DNA of 64,000 nt from the human T2T-CHM13v2.0 reference genome, Homo sapiens. A program made the translations under genes and the position numbers. The stretch is from NCBI RefSeq assembly GCF_009914755.1, contig NC_060932.1; one strand, written 5' to 3'. The first letter of the stretch is position 1, and the number at the start of each line of letters is the position of its first letter. Below the pieces are notes generated by a model. It made no database searches and was not told where the DNA came from. It worked only from the letters and a program-made list of their open reading frames with translations. Shown here in pieces: positions 1-18,063 of the stretch.

Positions 1-205
1 TCAAGCTCATTGAGCGTCTGTCACTATGTTTTTGATCTGTATTGCTGGAATCAGTTCCTCTATCTGCCTTGTGAATATTCTCCATTGTGCTAATCTAGGC
101 TTCTCCTTTCATTTTTCATATTCCCTCACATGGCTTTATACACTCTTGTGGTTTTAACCACAATATAGGGTTTTTACTGTAGTTATGCTTTCAAATTGTA
201 TACTT

Positions 206-508
<303 letters not shown>

Positions 509-815
509 AATTGTATGTTTCTAATATGACTTTTCTCCTGAACTTTAAACTGTGTATCCAACTTCTCAGCACAGTCATATCTTTTGATTCCACAGGTAAT
601 TTAATGTCAATATATTTAAAAATGAATTTACCACCTTTATCCCCACTCTTTGACTTTCACCTGCATTTCTGTTTCAATTCTTGTTTCCATCCATTCATTT
701 GCTCACCTAATTCATAAACATGGAAATCATCCTCAATTCCTCTTCTTCTTAGCCCAAAAATTCAATTGTGCAGGTTATGCACTGAGAAAAAGAGCCTCAG
801 GTTAGGGGGATAAAT

Positions 816-975
816 CAGAGATTGGTGAACTTTTTCTGAAGGGCCAAATACTAACTGCTTTAAGCTTGCTTACCATATGGTTTATGTTGCAACTACCAAC
901 TCTCCTGCTGTAATGTAAAAGCAACCATAGATAGCATGTAAACAAATGAGACAGGCTGGGTGCCAATGAAAATTC
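816..975. mobile_element. MER58 (hAT-Charlie) fragment
   Basis: cagagattggtgaactttttctgaagggccaaata...gcaaccatagatagcatgtaaacaaatg resembles the MER58 consensus. Confidence 0.7.
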
Positions 976-1399
976 ACGAAAATTAATGTAGTTTACTGTC
1001 CCTTGGGTGAGAGTTGGGGGTCACTGAAATTCGGACTATGTCTTACTTGGCTAAACCACAGGCCTAGAGTGGGCCATAAATGGAGCTATTGGGCTAGTGA
1101 TTTTCTTGCCTTAAGCCCCCAGCCCCAAATTTAATAATCACATCATTTTAATTTCATTTTCCAAGTGTATCTTTAATATATGGCTTCTCCTTTCCAAATT
1201 CACTGTCATTACCTAAGTTTAGTCCTTGAACAATATTTTAAAGGCTTCCTTATCTGACTTTATATCTTAAAGTCCTACAAATTTATCTTCCTAAAATTCA
1301 AATCAAACCATGTCACCAACTTACAGAAAGGGAAAATTCATATATTCTACACACAGCACATTTCATGTAACTTTCTAGGCTCATCTTTCATCATCCTTT

Positions 1400-1982
1400 T
1401 GATGCAGGATTTTCTGCTCCTCAGCTCAGCGAAATCCAGGATCTTGTCTCATGACCAGGAAGAATTAGGCAGGTGGACATAGTGAAGGGTGAGGATGACG
1501 GAATTTATTAAGCAAAAGGGGAGTTCTCTGCAAAGAGAGGGGTTTCACCAGCAGTCTCCCACCTCACAATGGAGCACCAGGACTTTCACACACAAACTGA
1601 AAAGGCTAGGCTCCTCCCCAGCATAAGGCATGAATTCCTGGTGGTTCCACCAGTTTTCCTACTATGCATGTGGGTGTGCCCAAGCAAACCATAGGTAGTA
1701 TCAGAAAAGGCAACATTTGATTGGTTAAAAGGCATTATTCACCCAAGCAAACCATAGGTAGTATCAGAAAAGGCAACATTTGATTGGTTAAAAGGCATTA
1801 TTCAGAAAGAATCAATCGGGAAAGGGTGAGCCAATAGGGGAAGTTCTCCCTCTGGGTCACGGGTTTCATCTGGGACCAGGAGTCTGGCCTTTCAGCCTTT
1901 AGACTGTTTTAGGCTTGAAGGTGGGTTTCACAGGGACCCTTCCCTATCTGCCTAGGCATCTGTCTGCCTCCTGCCTCTATCA
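1400..1982 (-). mobile_element. ERV1-class solo LTR (MER4-group, MER83/MER84/MER61-like)
   Basis: TG...CA termini, 4-bp TSD CTTT (1396-1399, 1983-1986); family name from memory. Confidence 0.75.
1679..1804. repeat. Perfect 63-bp tandem duplication inside the LTR
   Basis: 1679-1741 is identical to 1742-1804. Confidence 0.97.
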
Positions 1983-2492
1983 CTTTCTCTTGAGTTTTAT
2001 ATTTTAGCAACACTGAGTCATCTTTGTCCCAGGAAGCACCTACATCTGTTTATCTGCTGTCCCCTCTACCTTTACTACCTTCCCTTCTTCACATTTATAC
2101 CCAGAAAAGTCACTTCCCCTCCAAAAATTGGGATCAACTGTCATATTTTTATGAATATTTCACTTTAATTCCTCACAACAGCTGACAGAATTAACTACTT
2201 CCTCTTCTTTGCAAGTTATTTGGCTCACACAGATATCAGTAATTAAACATATTTTACTGCATTGGCATATATCTGACTAATGTGTTTTTCTCCCGTACTA
2301 GGCAATATGCTCCTTAGTCATCTGTGTATCTGAGGTGAGCACAGGGCCTAACTAGCATATGGTGCATTCTCAATGTTCGTTCAACTGCATTGACTTGAAT
2401 TCCCCTGAAGACTGAAATGTGAAAATAGCTACTCTCGGAAGCCCCTTTCCAGAGAGGTCTAAAATATTTACATGTTTCTATTTTAAATGCAG

Positions 2493-2588
2493 AAAGAACT
2501 TCCAGATCATTATAGGCCTTGGATGGAAATTGCCAACAAACTTCCTCAATTGATTGATGCTCACCAGCTTCAAGCTCATGTGGACAAG
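2493..2588 (+). CDS. IDO2: IDO2 coding exon 3 (aa 47-78, [10 protein letters not shown]...AHVDK)
   Basis: cag|AAA acceptor, AAG|gtattc donor; 96 nt, phase 0/0; translation matches the IDO-family LPxxYxPWMxIA motif and recalled human IDO2. Confidence 0.97.
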
Positions 2589-3090
2589 GTATTCTTCTCT
2601 TCACCCCCTCATCACATTCTGTTTTCATCATCATACCACTTTTCTTTCTTAGCCTTGTGGAAGTGTGTCAATTGTCCTGGGAAACTGTTCATTACCATTG
2701 AACTTATCAGCAAAGCTATATCTTCCTTCCTGAAAAACAGAATGACCCCTTCGTAATCTGATACATGTGTTTTCCTAAGGTTTTCAGAGCCAGCACAAAA
2801 CAATGCCTGACACATGCCAATAACTCACCAAATGTTTGTTTAAAGAAGAATCTGGGTGGGAATGATAAACTAACTAATGGACAAGGTATCGCCTAAGAAG
2901 GTCAGCTTGGAAATTCTCAGGTTCCTCATTCCATGTACGTACTCAAGGCTCTGTTGTTACTGAGGGGGTCTAACTTGATTTTGTCCTAGGTGTTATAGAA
3001 TAGTTAAATGGAGGGAATTTCTGAATTATAAAATTGGCCATGGGTTCTACAAAACATCCAATAAGCCTGTAAATTCCACAAAAGTGTTGA

Positions 3091-3170
3091 TTAGGCTGAT
3101 ACAAAGGTAATTGCAGTTTTTGCCATTACTTTTAATGACAAAAACCACAAACACTTTTGTACCAACCTAA
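3091..3170. mobile_element. MADE1 (Hsmar1-derived MITE)
   Basis: 80-bp palindrome ttaggctgatacaaaggtaattgc...ttttgtaccaacctaa followed by TA. Confidence 0.9.
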
Positions 3171-3172
3171 TA

Positions 3173-3280
3173 GCTATGTAACCCTGAAAAAGTTACTCAA
3201 CTCTGTAATCCCATTTCCTTATTTATAAAATGAGAGAAACTCTGGTCTCACAGTATTGTTATGGGAAGTAAATCACTTTC
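3173..3280. mobile_element. MIR fragment
   Basis: gctatgtaacc...aagttactcaactct...tttcc...tataaaatgaga core. Confidence 0.6.
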
Positions 3281-4066
3281 AAAGTGGCCCTTTTGTAGTT
3301 CTTGTCCTATAATAGCATTCAGTATACATTCATTACTTCTCTGTAGTCTCTTCTCCATCTGTCCTAATCTATCAGTTTGGAGTACCACATAATTGCGGAA
3401 GTCCATGAAAAGTTTTCCGCTCTCCAAAATTTCCCTTTGCTGATGGATAATATTTAATGTCTAGAATTACAAATTCTTTTTAAAATACTCATTGAATGTT
3501 TGCTTTGTGCAAAGCACTAGAACCTTGTAAAAGATGAGTAAGGGACTGGCTTCAATGTCTGTGAAGATAGCAAACTAAACAGAGTAATTTCTTTGCCTGA
3601 TAGATAAAATGTTGTGTTGACATGACCAAAGAAATCCAAAAATAAGAAAAAAACTATCTGTAAACACAGAAAAATAGAGAAAAGTTCCAATGATGGAATA
3701 AAAATTTAAAGGATTTTTTTGAACGTATTAAGCAAATCATGTATAAAATCCAGAAATAAGTTTACAGGACCCATGTCAAGGATTTAACCAAAGCAGAGGG
3801 AGATCCCCATGAGTCCCCTTTTCCCATCTCAGAATAGCAGAGAAGAGAAGCAAGGGAAGCCTGGAACAGTTGGCAAGAGGGCAGGTTAGAATTCAGTTTG
3901 TGAATTATGAGGTCGTCTGCCGTAGGCATTTACCAGGCTTTATTTGATTTAACTGCCATAAAGGAAGAGAAGGACTTGTTAAATTGGGGCTCCTCTTAGC
4001 ACAGCATTGAAACCAGTCCCTATTCCTTCTTGGCCTTTTGGCTAAAATTGAGTGTGAAATCTATCA

Positions 4067-4398
<332 letters not shown>

Positions 4399-4424
4399 AT
4401 ATATATATATTAAAATACAAATTT

Positions 4425-5201
<777 letters not shown>

Positions 5202-6303
5202 TCTATCCCTACTCTTAATTGCCTGGAAAATACCTAACAAATGAAGGCCAGTTTTTAGACTTTACCACCAAAGGCTGAAATTGAAACAGGAATTGTTTGT
5301 GAGAAGCAAACACAATAGTTTCGAGAGACTGAATCAGTTAGCAATTTCCTGTGAGAGGCAAATGTAATAGTTTCTAGAACCACAGATGGAGCTATAACAA
5401 AAACATGTGTTCTCTGGATCCTTTACTTGCTACAGACAACACAATAAGTGAATTTACAGCTTTGATCTTACAGTGCACCTAAGCCAACCACCTTGTCTTA
5501 GAATGTCTCAACATACCTATCTGTATCTTGAAACAAAATATATTAATTGCCTTAGACCCATTCACTCACATTTCCTAGGAAGACATGATCAGAGGGAGCT
5601 ATGCAAGAAGAAATCCAGCAGAACTCTGGAAATACAATAAGAAAATCCATATTAGACACTAATCTTAATAAAACTAACCTTCGTTCATGAATTTGAATAG
5701 ACAAAATTACCAAATAATATGGAAAAAATGGGCAACTCAAAAAGAAGAGGGTAGCCCACTTGGCATTCAGGACCAATGGCCTCCAATAAATAAGATGATA
5801 TTAGTGCTTTAAATATTTTATTTAGTGTATCCAGTATATTGCCTTCCTAAATTAAGTGAAAGCTGATATATAAAAAGAACTATTAGAAATAAAAAACCAC
5901 ACACATCCCAGAACTCCTCAATATAAACCTAACAAATTCAGTAAAACATTGATTGCAAAAAATATATATAGTGACTTAGGGACTTCCTTGATAAATTTCA
6001 TAAAGCATAAAGAAAAATCAAAGAGTGCAAACCATCAGAAAAATACAAATATATAAAAAAGAGAAATACAGGTGATCCAAATTCCTTTTAATGGAATCCC
6101 ATAAGCAGATGGGTGGAGGAAAAGTAAAACTTCCAACATATAAGCACAAAATTTTTAGACCTTAAGAAATATTTGAGTTTTTTATATCAGAAAGACAGTG
6201 TTGGGGTGAGGGTTGGGGGGCACATGTAAATACTCAGATAAAATTGTGAATTTTCTAGGGTAAAGAAATCTGCATATTCATAGAAAACAAAAATGAAAAA
6301 TAG

Positions 6304-7450
<1,147 letters not shown>

Positions 7451-7463
7451 AAACTAACTGGAC

Positions 7464-7790
7464 TCTCAGCAAACTAACACAGGAACAGAACACCAAACAC
7501 CGCATGTTCTTACTTATAAGTGGGAGTTGAACAATGAGAACACAAGGACACAGAGAGGGGAACATCACACACCGGGGCCTCTTGTGGGGTGGGGGGCTAG
7601 GGGAGGGAGAGCATTAGGACAAATACCTAAAGCATGAGGGGCTTAAAACCTAGATGATGGGTTGACAGGCGCAGCAAACCACCATGGCACATGTATACAT
7701 ATGTAACAAACCAGCACATTCTGCACATGTATCCCAGAACTTAAAGCAAATTTTTAAAAAAGTAAAAAAAAAAAAAACAAACAACAACAC
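7464..7790 (+). mobile_element. 5'-truncated L1PA (about PA7-8) 3' end
   Basis: L1 3' UTR ending atcccagaacttaaag plus A-tail; TSD ctaactggact on both sides. Confidence 0.88.
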
Positions 7791-8467
7791 CTAACTGGAC
7801 TACAAATGCACTATATAACTTCGATGAAGAGAGTGGGGAGTAGGGAAAGGAACGGACTTAAATTACTCCAGAAAATAGTGTTGTGTTGTGACTAGAATCT
7901 ATAAGGCTTACGGTAAATGAAACTTTACAGGATCACTATACTCTAATTGGTAAATCAGTTTTTCATGGGGTGCGGGTGAACAGTTGTGAAACTGCTTTAC
8001 ATGTAGTCATACCTTTGCATTTTGCAGATATTTCAATTTTTACAAATTGAAGATTCGTAGCAACCTTGCATCAAGCAAGTCTGTCAACCCCATTTTTCCA
8101 ATAGTGTGTACGCATTTGGTGTCTGTGTGTCATATTTTGATAATTATAACAATAGTTAAAACTTTTTCTTTACTATTACATCTGTTACAGTGATCTGTGA
8201 TCAGTGATCTTTAATGTTACTATCATAATCGTTTTGAAGGTGCCATAAACTGTGCCCCTATAAGTCCTGAAACTTAATTGATAAATGTATGTGTTCTGAC
8301 TGCTCCACTGACCAGCCATTGCCCCATCTCTCTCCCCCTCCTCAGGCCTCCTGATTTCCTGAGACATAATAATATTGAAATTAGGCCAATTAATAATCCT
8401 ACAATGGCCTCTAAGTGTTCAAGTGAAAGGAGTTGCATGTCTCTCACTTTAAAAATCTAAAACTAGA

Positions 8468-8766
8468 GGCTGGTCATGGTGGCTCAGGCCTCTAATCCCA
8501 GCACTTTGGGAAGCCAAGGCGGGGAGATCACCTGAGTTCAGGACTTCGAGACCAGCCTGGCCAACATGGCGAAACTCTGTCTTGACTAAAAATGCAAAAA
8601 TTAGCCAGGCATGGTGGTGCACACCTGTAATCCTAGCTACTCAGGAGACTGAGGCAGAACAATCGTTTGAACCCTGGAAATGGAGGTTGCAGTGAGCCTA
8701 GATTGTGCGATTGCACTCCAGCCAGGGCAACAAGAGTAAAACTCCTTCTCAAAAAAAAAAAAAAAA
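8468..8766 (+). mobile_element. Alu in Tigger1
   Basis: TSD atctaaa(a/g)ctaga. Confidence 0.95.
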
Positions 8767-9243
8767 TATCTAAAGCTAGAAATGATTAAGCTTGGTGAGA
8801 AAGTCATGTCAAAACCAGATAGGCTTAAAGCTGGGCCTCTTTTGCCAAACAGCCAAGCTGGGAGTGCAAAGGAAAAGCTTTTGAAGAAAATTAAAAGTGC
8901 TACTCCAGTGAACATACGAATGATAAGAAAGCAAAAGAGCCTTATTGCTGGTATAGAGGAAGTTTGAGTATTTTGGATAGAAGATCAAACCAGCCACAAC
9001 TTCCCTTAAACCAAAGCCTAATTCAAAGAAAGGCCCTAATTCTCTTCAATTCTACAAAGTCTGAGAGGGCTGAAGAAGCTGTAGTAAAAAAGTTTTAAAC
9101 CAGCAGAATCTGGTTCATGAAGTATGAGGCTAGAAGCCATCTCCACAACATAAAAGTGCAAGGTGAAGCAGCAAGTGCTGATGGAGAAGCTGCAGCTAAT
9201 TATCCAGAAGATCCAGCTAAAATCATCAATGAAGGTGGCTACA

Positions 9244-9936
<693 letters not shown>

Positions 9937-10679
9937 CCAGGACTTTCATAGTTAGAAAAAAGTCAATGCCTAGCTTGAAAGGACAGGCTGACTCTCTTGT
10001 TAGGGGCTAGTGCAGCTGGTGACTTTAAGTTGAAGCCAGTGCTCATTTACCATTCCTGAAATCTTAGGGCCCTTACCAGCTATGCTAAATCTACTCTGCC
10101 TGTGCTCTGTAAACGGACAATAAGGCCTGGATGATGGCATATCTATTTACAGCATGCTTTACTGAATACTTTAAGCTCACTGTTGCGACCTACTGCTCAG
10201 AAAAAAATATTCCTTTCAAAATATTACTGCTTATTAACAATGCCTCTGGTCACCCAAGAGCTCTACTGGAGATATACAGGAAATAAATGTTGTTTTCATG
10301 TCTGCTAACACATTTGTTCTGCAACCTATGGATCAAGGGGTCATTTTGGCTTTCAAGTCTTATTATTTAAGAACTATACTTTGTAAGGCTATTCCTGACA
10401 CAGATAATGATCCCTCTGAAGAATCTGGGCAAAGTCAAATGGAAACCTGGAAAGGATTCACTATTCTAGATACTATTAAAAGCATTCATGATTCATGGAG
10501 GACGTCAAAATAAAAACATTAATAGGAGTTTGCAAGAAGTCAACCCTCATGGATGACTTTGAGGGGTTCAAGACTTGAGCAGAGGAAGTCACTGGAGATG
10601 TCGCAGAAATAGTATGAGAACTAAAATTAGAAGTGGAATCTGATTTTATAACTGAGTTGCTGCAATCTTACGATTGAAC

Positions 10680-10997
<318 letters not shown>

Positions 10998-11207
10998 TAA
11001 GAGATAAGTTGCTTCTTATGGAGCAAAGAAAGTAGTTGCACAACACAGAATTTACTCGTGGTGAAAATACTGTGTTTGAGCTGCTGTTGAAATGTTGCTG
11101 AACATTGTTGAAATGATAAAAAAAAATTAGAATGTTCCATAAACATAGTTGATAAAGCATCAGCAGGGTTTGAGAGGATTAACTGCAATTTTAAAAGAAG
11201 TTCTACT

Positions 11208-11586
<379 letters not shown>

Positions 11587-12585
11587 TCAATTGATGTGGC
11601 AAACCGCCTTGTTTTCTTAAGCCACCCCAACCTTCAGCAACCAACATCCTGAACAGTAAGTAGCCATCAGCATCAAAGCAGGGCTCTCCACCAGCAAAGA
11701 GATTATGACTCACTGAAGGCTCAGATGATCATTAGCATATTTTAGCAATAAAGTACTTTATAATTAAGGTATAAAGTACTTTATAATGTACATTGTTTTT
11801 CTAGACATAATGCTATTGCACACTTTATAGTGTGAACATAACTTTTACATGCACTGGGAAGCCAAGAAATGTGTGTGATTTGCTTTATTGGGATAGTCAC
11901 TTTATTGTGGTGGTCTGGAATTGAGCCCTGACTATCTCCAGGGTATGCCTGTACATACTGGGGTTGAACAATAAGTAAATAGATGATGGATGATGTTTCA
12001 CTGTGAGTGAGGGAAGTTATAGATCAGCAAGGGGTAGGAGGGAAAGCTAGAATTAATACGTGCCACTGGATTAGAGTTGGAGACATCAGTATGAAGTCAT
12101 GTTTTGTTTAATATTTATAAATATATAAGAATGTATAATACTACTTACATATGCCTATATAATGAGTTATATGTATTTATATATACACACACATGCTTCC
12201 TAGATCTATCCACTGCAAGGATCTAGAATTAGTGACATCCCAGTAGCAATGAGCAAACCCACTGCCCAGATAAATACCCTTCTCCAATAACAGGAGCCTG
12301 GTCTTCTTGAAGAAATAGCTGATAATTTCCTTTCCTTAGGAAAGGAAAATGTAAGTATGTAAGAAATACTGTGAAACAATGAAATCAGTAAATTTTATGG
12401 TCATTATAATCATTGACAATGTGACTGTGAAATAAGAAAATAATTTATAAAATATTATAATAGCATTCTAATTGTGCATTGTGTGTAGGTATATATACTT
12501 GTGACCAAGTTGTGTTAAAATGATACAGCTAAACTCCATATTTCTTTTTAACAAAACTTGGGACATAGTGGAGTGAGAGCTGTAA

Positions 12586-12922
<337 letters not shown>

Positions 12923-13378
12923 TAATGTTTGTATTGGTGTGCTATGCCAGATTATAAAACAAATGAACCAGAAAAATAATATACAGTTAACAGCAAAGTA
13001 AGATTTGTCCTATCAGTTTTCATGACATGTTATAAAACCATAGAAATTCTGACCAGATGGCATCAGGGCAGCAATAAACAAGGGAACCAAAAACTTAATA
13101 GAGGACCTACATACAGACCCATGTGTGTATGGAATACATACTAAACATATGACAGGGTGAAATGTTGGGAACACGATGGTAAAAACATGAATAGTAATCC
13201 ATACATAGAGTTGGCACATAGCAAAATGATTAACTGGCTCTGCTCTTTTCACCACAAACAAAAATAAATTCATTCAAGATGGATACAAACTTAAATGTCA
13301 AAATCAAAAATGTTTCATCTGTTGGAAGAAAATGTAGGAGAGTATCTTTATGTACTGGGATAAAGGAAGAATTTTCTA

Positions 13379-14005
<627 letters not shown>

Positions 14006-14038
14006 TAAAGATTTTTCTAATATGGCACAACATTGGAG

Positions 14039-14150
14039 TTTTTTTTTTGTTTTTTTTTTTGTGACGGAGTCTCACTCTGTCGCCCAGGCTGGAGTGCATT
14101 GGCGTGATCTTGGCTCACTGAAAGCTCCACCTCCTGGGTTCACGCCATTC
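14039..14150 (-). mobile_element. 5'-truncated AluY-like fragment
   Basis: aagctcc...ttcacgccattc diagnostic; TSD aacattggagt. Confidence 0.9.
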
Positions 14151-14869
14151 AACATTGGAGTATTTTTATGACATACTTGATATCCTTAAAACAGGACCTC
14201 TGTTCATCAAAACAGGCCAAAAGACAATGAAAGCCAAGCTACAAACTGAGAGAAGATATTGTCACACATATAAATGAAAAGAAGATTTGTATCCTGAATA
14301 TACAAAATCTTGTAAATTGATTGGAAAAACAACCAAATAAAAAACAATGTTCAACAGACATTTTGTGGAATAGAAGACACAAGTTCCCAATATATCATCT
14401 GAAAAATGCAAGCTATCATTAATAGTCAAGAAAATGAAAGTTAAAACCATAATGGGATAGCATTTTATAACCATACAACTGAAAAATGCTTAAAGTCTGG
14501 CATGAACAGGTATTGGCAGGAATATAAAACACCTGAATCTTTTATTCACTGTGGGTACAACCTCTCTCAAAAACTGCTTGTCATTATCTGGCAATGTTGA
14601 AAATATAAATCCTATTAAGAACTTCCTTCTTGTCTATATAAATACCTTAGAGCTTCCTAGGCCTGTGTACCCTGAAAGGTATGAAAGTATCGTTTATCAT
14701 AGCAAAAAAACATAAAATAACTGTGAAAATAAATAAACTGCAGATGCATCCAGTAATGATGAATGTCAAAGCCATAATGGTGATGAGAAAAGGAAATCAT
14801 AGAATATCCTGTATTCAGTATAATTCTATTATGTTAAGTTCAAAAGCATTCAAACTAAATAACCAATAT

Positions 14870-15153
14870 ATTTTGAGATGGTGTCTCACTTTGTCCTCCA
14901 GGATGGAGTGCAGTGGGACCATCCTGGCTCACTGAAACCTCCACCTCCCAGGTTCAGGCTATTCCCCTGCCTCTGCCTCCCAAGTAGCTGGGACTACAGG
15001 TGTGCACCACCACACCTGGCTAATTTTTGTATTTTTATAGAGATGGGATTTCACCATGTTGGCCGCTTGTCTCAAACTCCTGACCTCAAGTGATCTGCCC
15101 GTCTCAGCCTCCCAAAATGCTGAGATTACAGGTGTGAGTCACTGTGCCTGGCC
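14870..15153 (-). mobile_element. Alu
   Basis: Reversed Alu with a short tail. Confidence 0.93.
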
Positions 15154-16280
15154 AATAATATATTGTTCAGTGATCATACATATATGAATTTTGAAGGATA
15201 TATAAATAGCGAGGAAATAACAAATACAAAATTCAACAAATAGATACTCTCAAGGAGCAAGCAGGATATTACAATCAATGAGAGGTACACAGAGGGTTGC
15301 AAAAATTTTGGTCAAGTTCTATTTCTTAAGCTGAGTGATGAGTAAATAAGTGTTTACTTATGTCTACTCTTTAGGTTGTAAATAGATATTACATGTGTTT
15401 ATATTCACGGTGTACAAATTCATGAAATGCTTCTAATAAATAGGAAGTTATAAGATGCATTTCAAAGTGTTCAGCAGAAAATAGTGCAAACATGTTGCCC
15501 TGAATCATGTTGCAGATTCTAAAGAAATGTTCACAATGGTTCCGAGAAGCTCCTCAAACTGCATTTTTGCTTTTAGAGGGAAAATCACATATTTGGCCCT
15601 CCCAAACTGAGGCCAGAGACTGTCAAAATGTTAGTTGAGTAGCATTAAGAAAAGGGCTGAAGGTAGAGTACCTTTCCATTTTGATGGAAACCCACAAATT
15701 AGTATTTCTGTTTTTAGTCCGATATTATTTCTATTAATTCATAGACTTTTAATACACCTGTCATCAGGGACAAATAATTTTGTGCTCATGTCCTCAAAGT
15801 CATTTACAATTCAGAACAAATTGACTTAGAAATAAAATGTGATTAATATTTTTTATTTATTTGTGAGAAAAGTATTAATAATTTTCTAATAATGTATCTT
15901 TCAAATGTGTCTAGACGTAATAAAAATAATTATATAACACTCAAAATAAATTATTAAACAACAATGAACTAAAAAAAATTTTAGAACATTTATATGAAAG
16001 ATTAAGATCCATAATACAAAATGTATTCTATGAAATCAGTAAGATGAATGATTGATGGGGAAAGATGGGCAAATAATATAAGTAGTTAAGACAGTGAAAG
16101 ATATTTGAATTGATGATAAACAGGCAAAAATGCTCAATCTCAAGAATAAAACAAAAATGCCAATGAAAACAATGAATTACCTGGTTTCGGCTAAGAGAGT
16201 GTCAATAAATTTAAAATGTACTTAATAAATAACTGCTGTTATAATGCTCACCTGGTTCTTGTTAAAAAGCAACATCTCAA

Positions 16281-16584
16281 GGCTGGGCATAAGTAAGCCT
16301 AGCACTTTGGGAGGCCAAGGCGGGAGGATTGTTCCAACCCAGAAGTTTGAGTTTGAGACTAACCTGGGCAACATAGTGAGACCCCCATCCCTACAAACAA
16401 TTTTAAAATTAGCCAGATGCAGTGGCACATGCCTGTAGTCCCAGGTACTCAGGAGGCTGAGGCAGGAGGATTGCTTGAGCCCAGAAGTTCAAAGCTGCAG
16501 TGAGCTATGATTGCTGTACTGCACTCCAGCCAGGGTAACAGAGCAAGATCCTGTTTCTAAAACAAAACAAAACGAAACAAAACA
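16281..16584 (+). mobile_element. AluJ
   Basis: ggattgcttgagcccag J-type; TSD aacatctcaa. Confidence 0.9.
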
Positions 16585-16669
16585 AGTAACATCTCAACAG
16601 TACTCCCTCCTTCCAGCTGTGCCTCCCCTGCAAGCCTAGGGCACATTCTAGTTGTGATTCTGAAAGCCA

Positions 16670-16940
16670 ATTTTATTTTTATTTTTAATTTTTGTGGGCA
16701 CATAGTCGGTGTATACATTTATGGGGTACATGAGATGTTTTGATACAGGCATGCAACATGTAATAATCACATCAGAGTAAACGGAGTGTTTGTCACCTCA
16801 AGCATTTATCCTTTCTTTGTGTTACAAACAATCCAATTACACTTTCAGTTATTTTTAAATGTACAATGTTATTGTAGCCTCCTGTTGTGCTATCAAACAC
16901 CAGCTCTTATTCATTCTATCTAGCTGTATTTTAGAACCCT
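16670..16940 (-). mobile_element. L1MA-like 3' end fragment
   Basis: ggtgtatacatttatggggtacatgagatgttttgatacaggcatgcaa motif. Confidence 0.7.
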
Positions 16941-16979
16941 TGGGGATGGTGAATGAGAGCTCATTTTTGGGAGGAAGAA

Positions 16980-17920
16980 GTGCGCAGTCTGGCCATGGGG
17001 AGGACAGAGGGTGAAGGACCAGCCTGAGGATACCCCAACCTCAACCCGGGCCTGCGCTGGAGGAGCCCCAGCTCTGTGCCCACGTGGCGGTGCCTGGAGA
17101 TTAAAAGGACAACAAAAACACCCCCTGCCGCCCTCCTTTCTGGCGCTTCGGACCCGGGAGGGGACCACCCGGGAAGATCCAGATCAGTCTGTGTCTAGAG
17201 CTGGGGAGTGGGCTGGGGCGAGGGGAAGAGGCGAGCAGAGGGGACGCGCCTGGTAGCCGAATTCAGAGGCCGCTGCTGTCAGGCAGGGCAGCCCCGGGCA
17301 GCGCGGAGAAACTGCTGATACTTGTTTACCAAGTGTTGCTTTCAACCATGATACCGCCTTTACGCGTCACAGTGATGCTGTGTCTTCCCCATTATGGCAA
17401 CAGGGCTATAGGCATGGAGGGCGGGGGTGGAGGGGGTGTGAAAAGCCCCAGGCAGCGTCAGGGGTTGTGCTCCTGCTCCTGTTTGGTAGAGAGAGGAACA
17501 CCCACCGCACAGGGCTGTTGCAGGGTCAGCGATAGCAAGCAGGCCACAGTGTTTGGATAAGACAGGCTTGTAAAAGTTGCCATGCAAGACTCCTAGGAAA
17601 TAAGTCCGCTCAGTCCTGGGAGTTAAGTATCCTACAACATTCCAGCCAAGCAGTGGCTTCAGGGATGGAGACGGGAGGCTGCCACAGCCATGGGGACAAA
17701 CTGTGGGCTCGGGTGGGCGGTTAGGTTCTTCCTGAGCAAAGTCGTGTGGACCACCTCCTATACTACAGGGTCCTGGGTCTGGGGATAAATGGGTGTGTGT
17801 GCGGGCTCTTTGTACCTTCATTAAAATATAACCCATTGCCTTCCACCCAAAGGTCCCTTCACATCCCAGGTCCCCGGCCCCCGTTACCTCCCCTGTCCCG
17901 GTTCCCATCCCTCCTCTGAC
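16980..17920. promoter_or_regulatory. GC/CpG-enriched non-repetitive island, candidate intronic promoter/enhancer
   Basis: Local CpG cluster in an AT-rich intron; CCACGTGG at 17080-17087, GGGCGG boxes, G-tract cluster at 17203-17225, TGTTTAC near 17323. Confidence 0.5.
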
Positions 17921-17943
17921 GGCATTTGGACTTTCATGAACAG

Positions 17944-18063
17944 ATGCCCCTGCTGAGCTGCCAGTTCCTGAAGGGTCACCGGGAGCAGCGCCTGGCCCAC
18001 CTGGTCCTGAGCTTCCTCACCATGGGTTATGTCTGGCAGGAAGGAGAGGCGCAGCCTGCAGAG
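17944..18063 (+). CDS. IDO2: IDO2 coding exon 4 ([40 protein letters not shown])
   Basis: cag|ATG ... GAG|gtgagg; 120 nt; RLAHLVL/GYVW IDO motif. Confidence 0.97.

Noticed and set aside
17360-17908. 182-aa minus-strand ORF in the GC-rich island
   Set aside because: No recognisable homology; long ORFs are expected by chance in GC-rich DNA.
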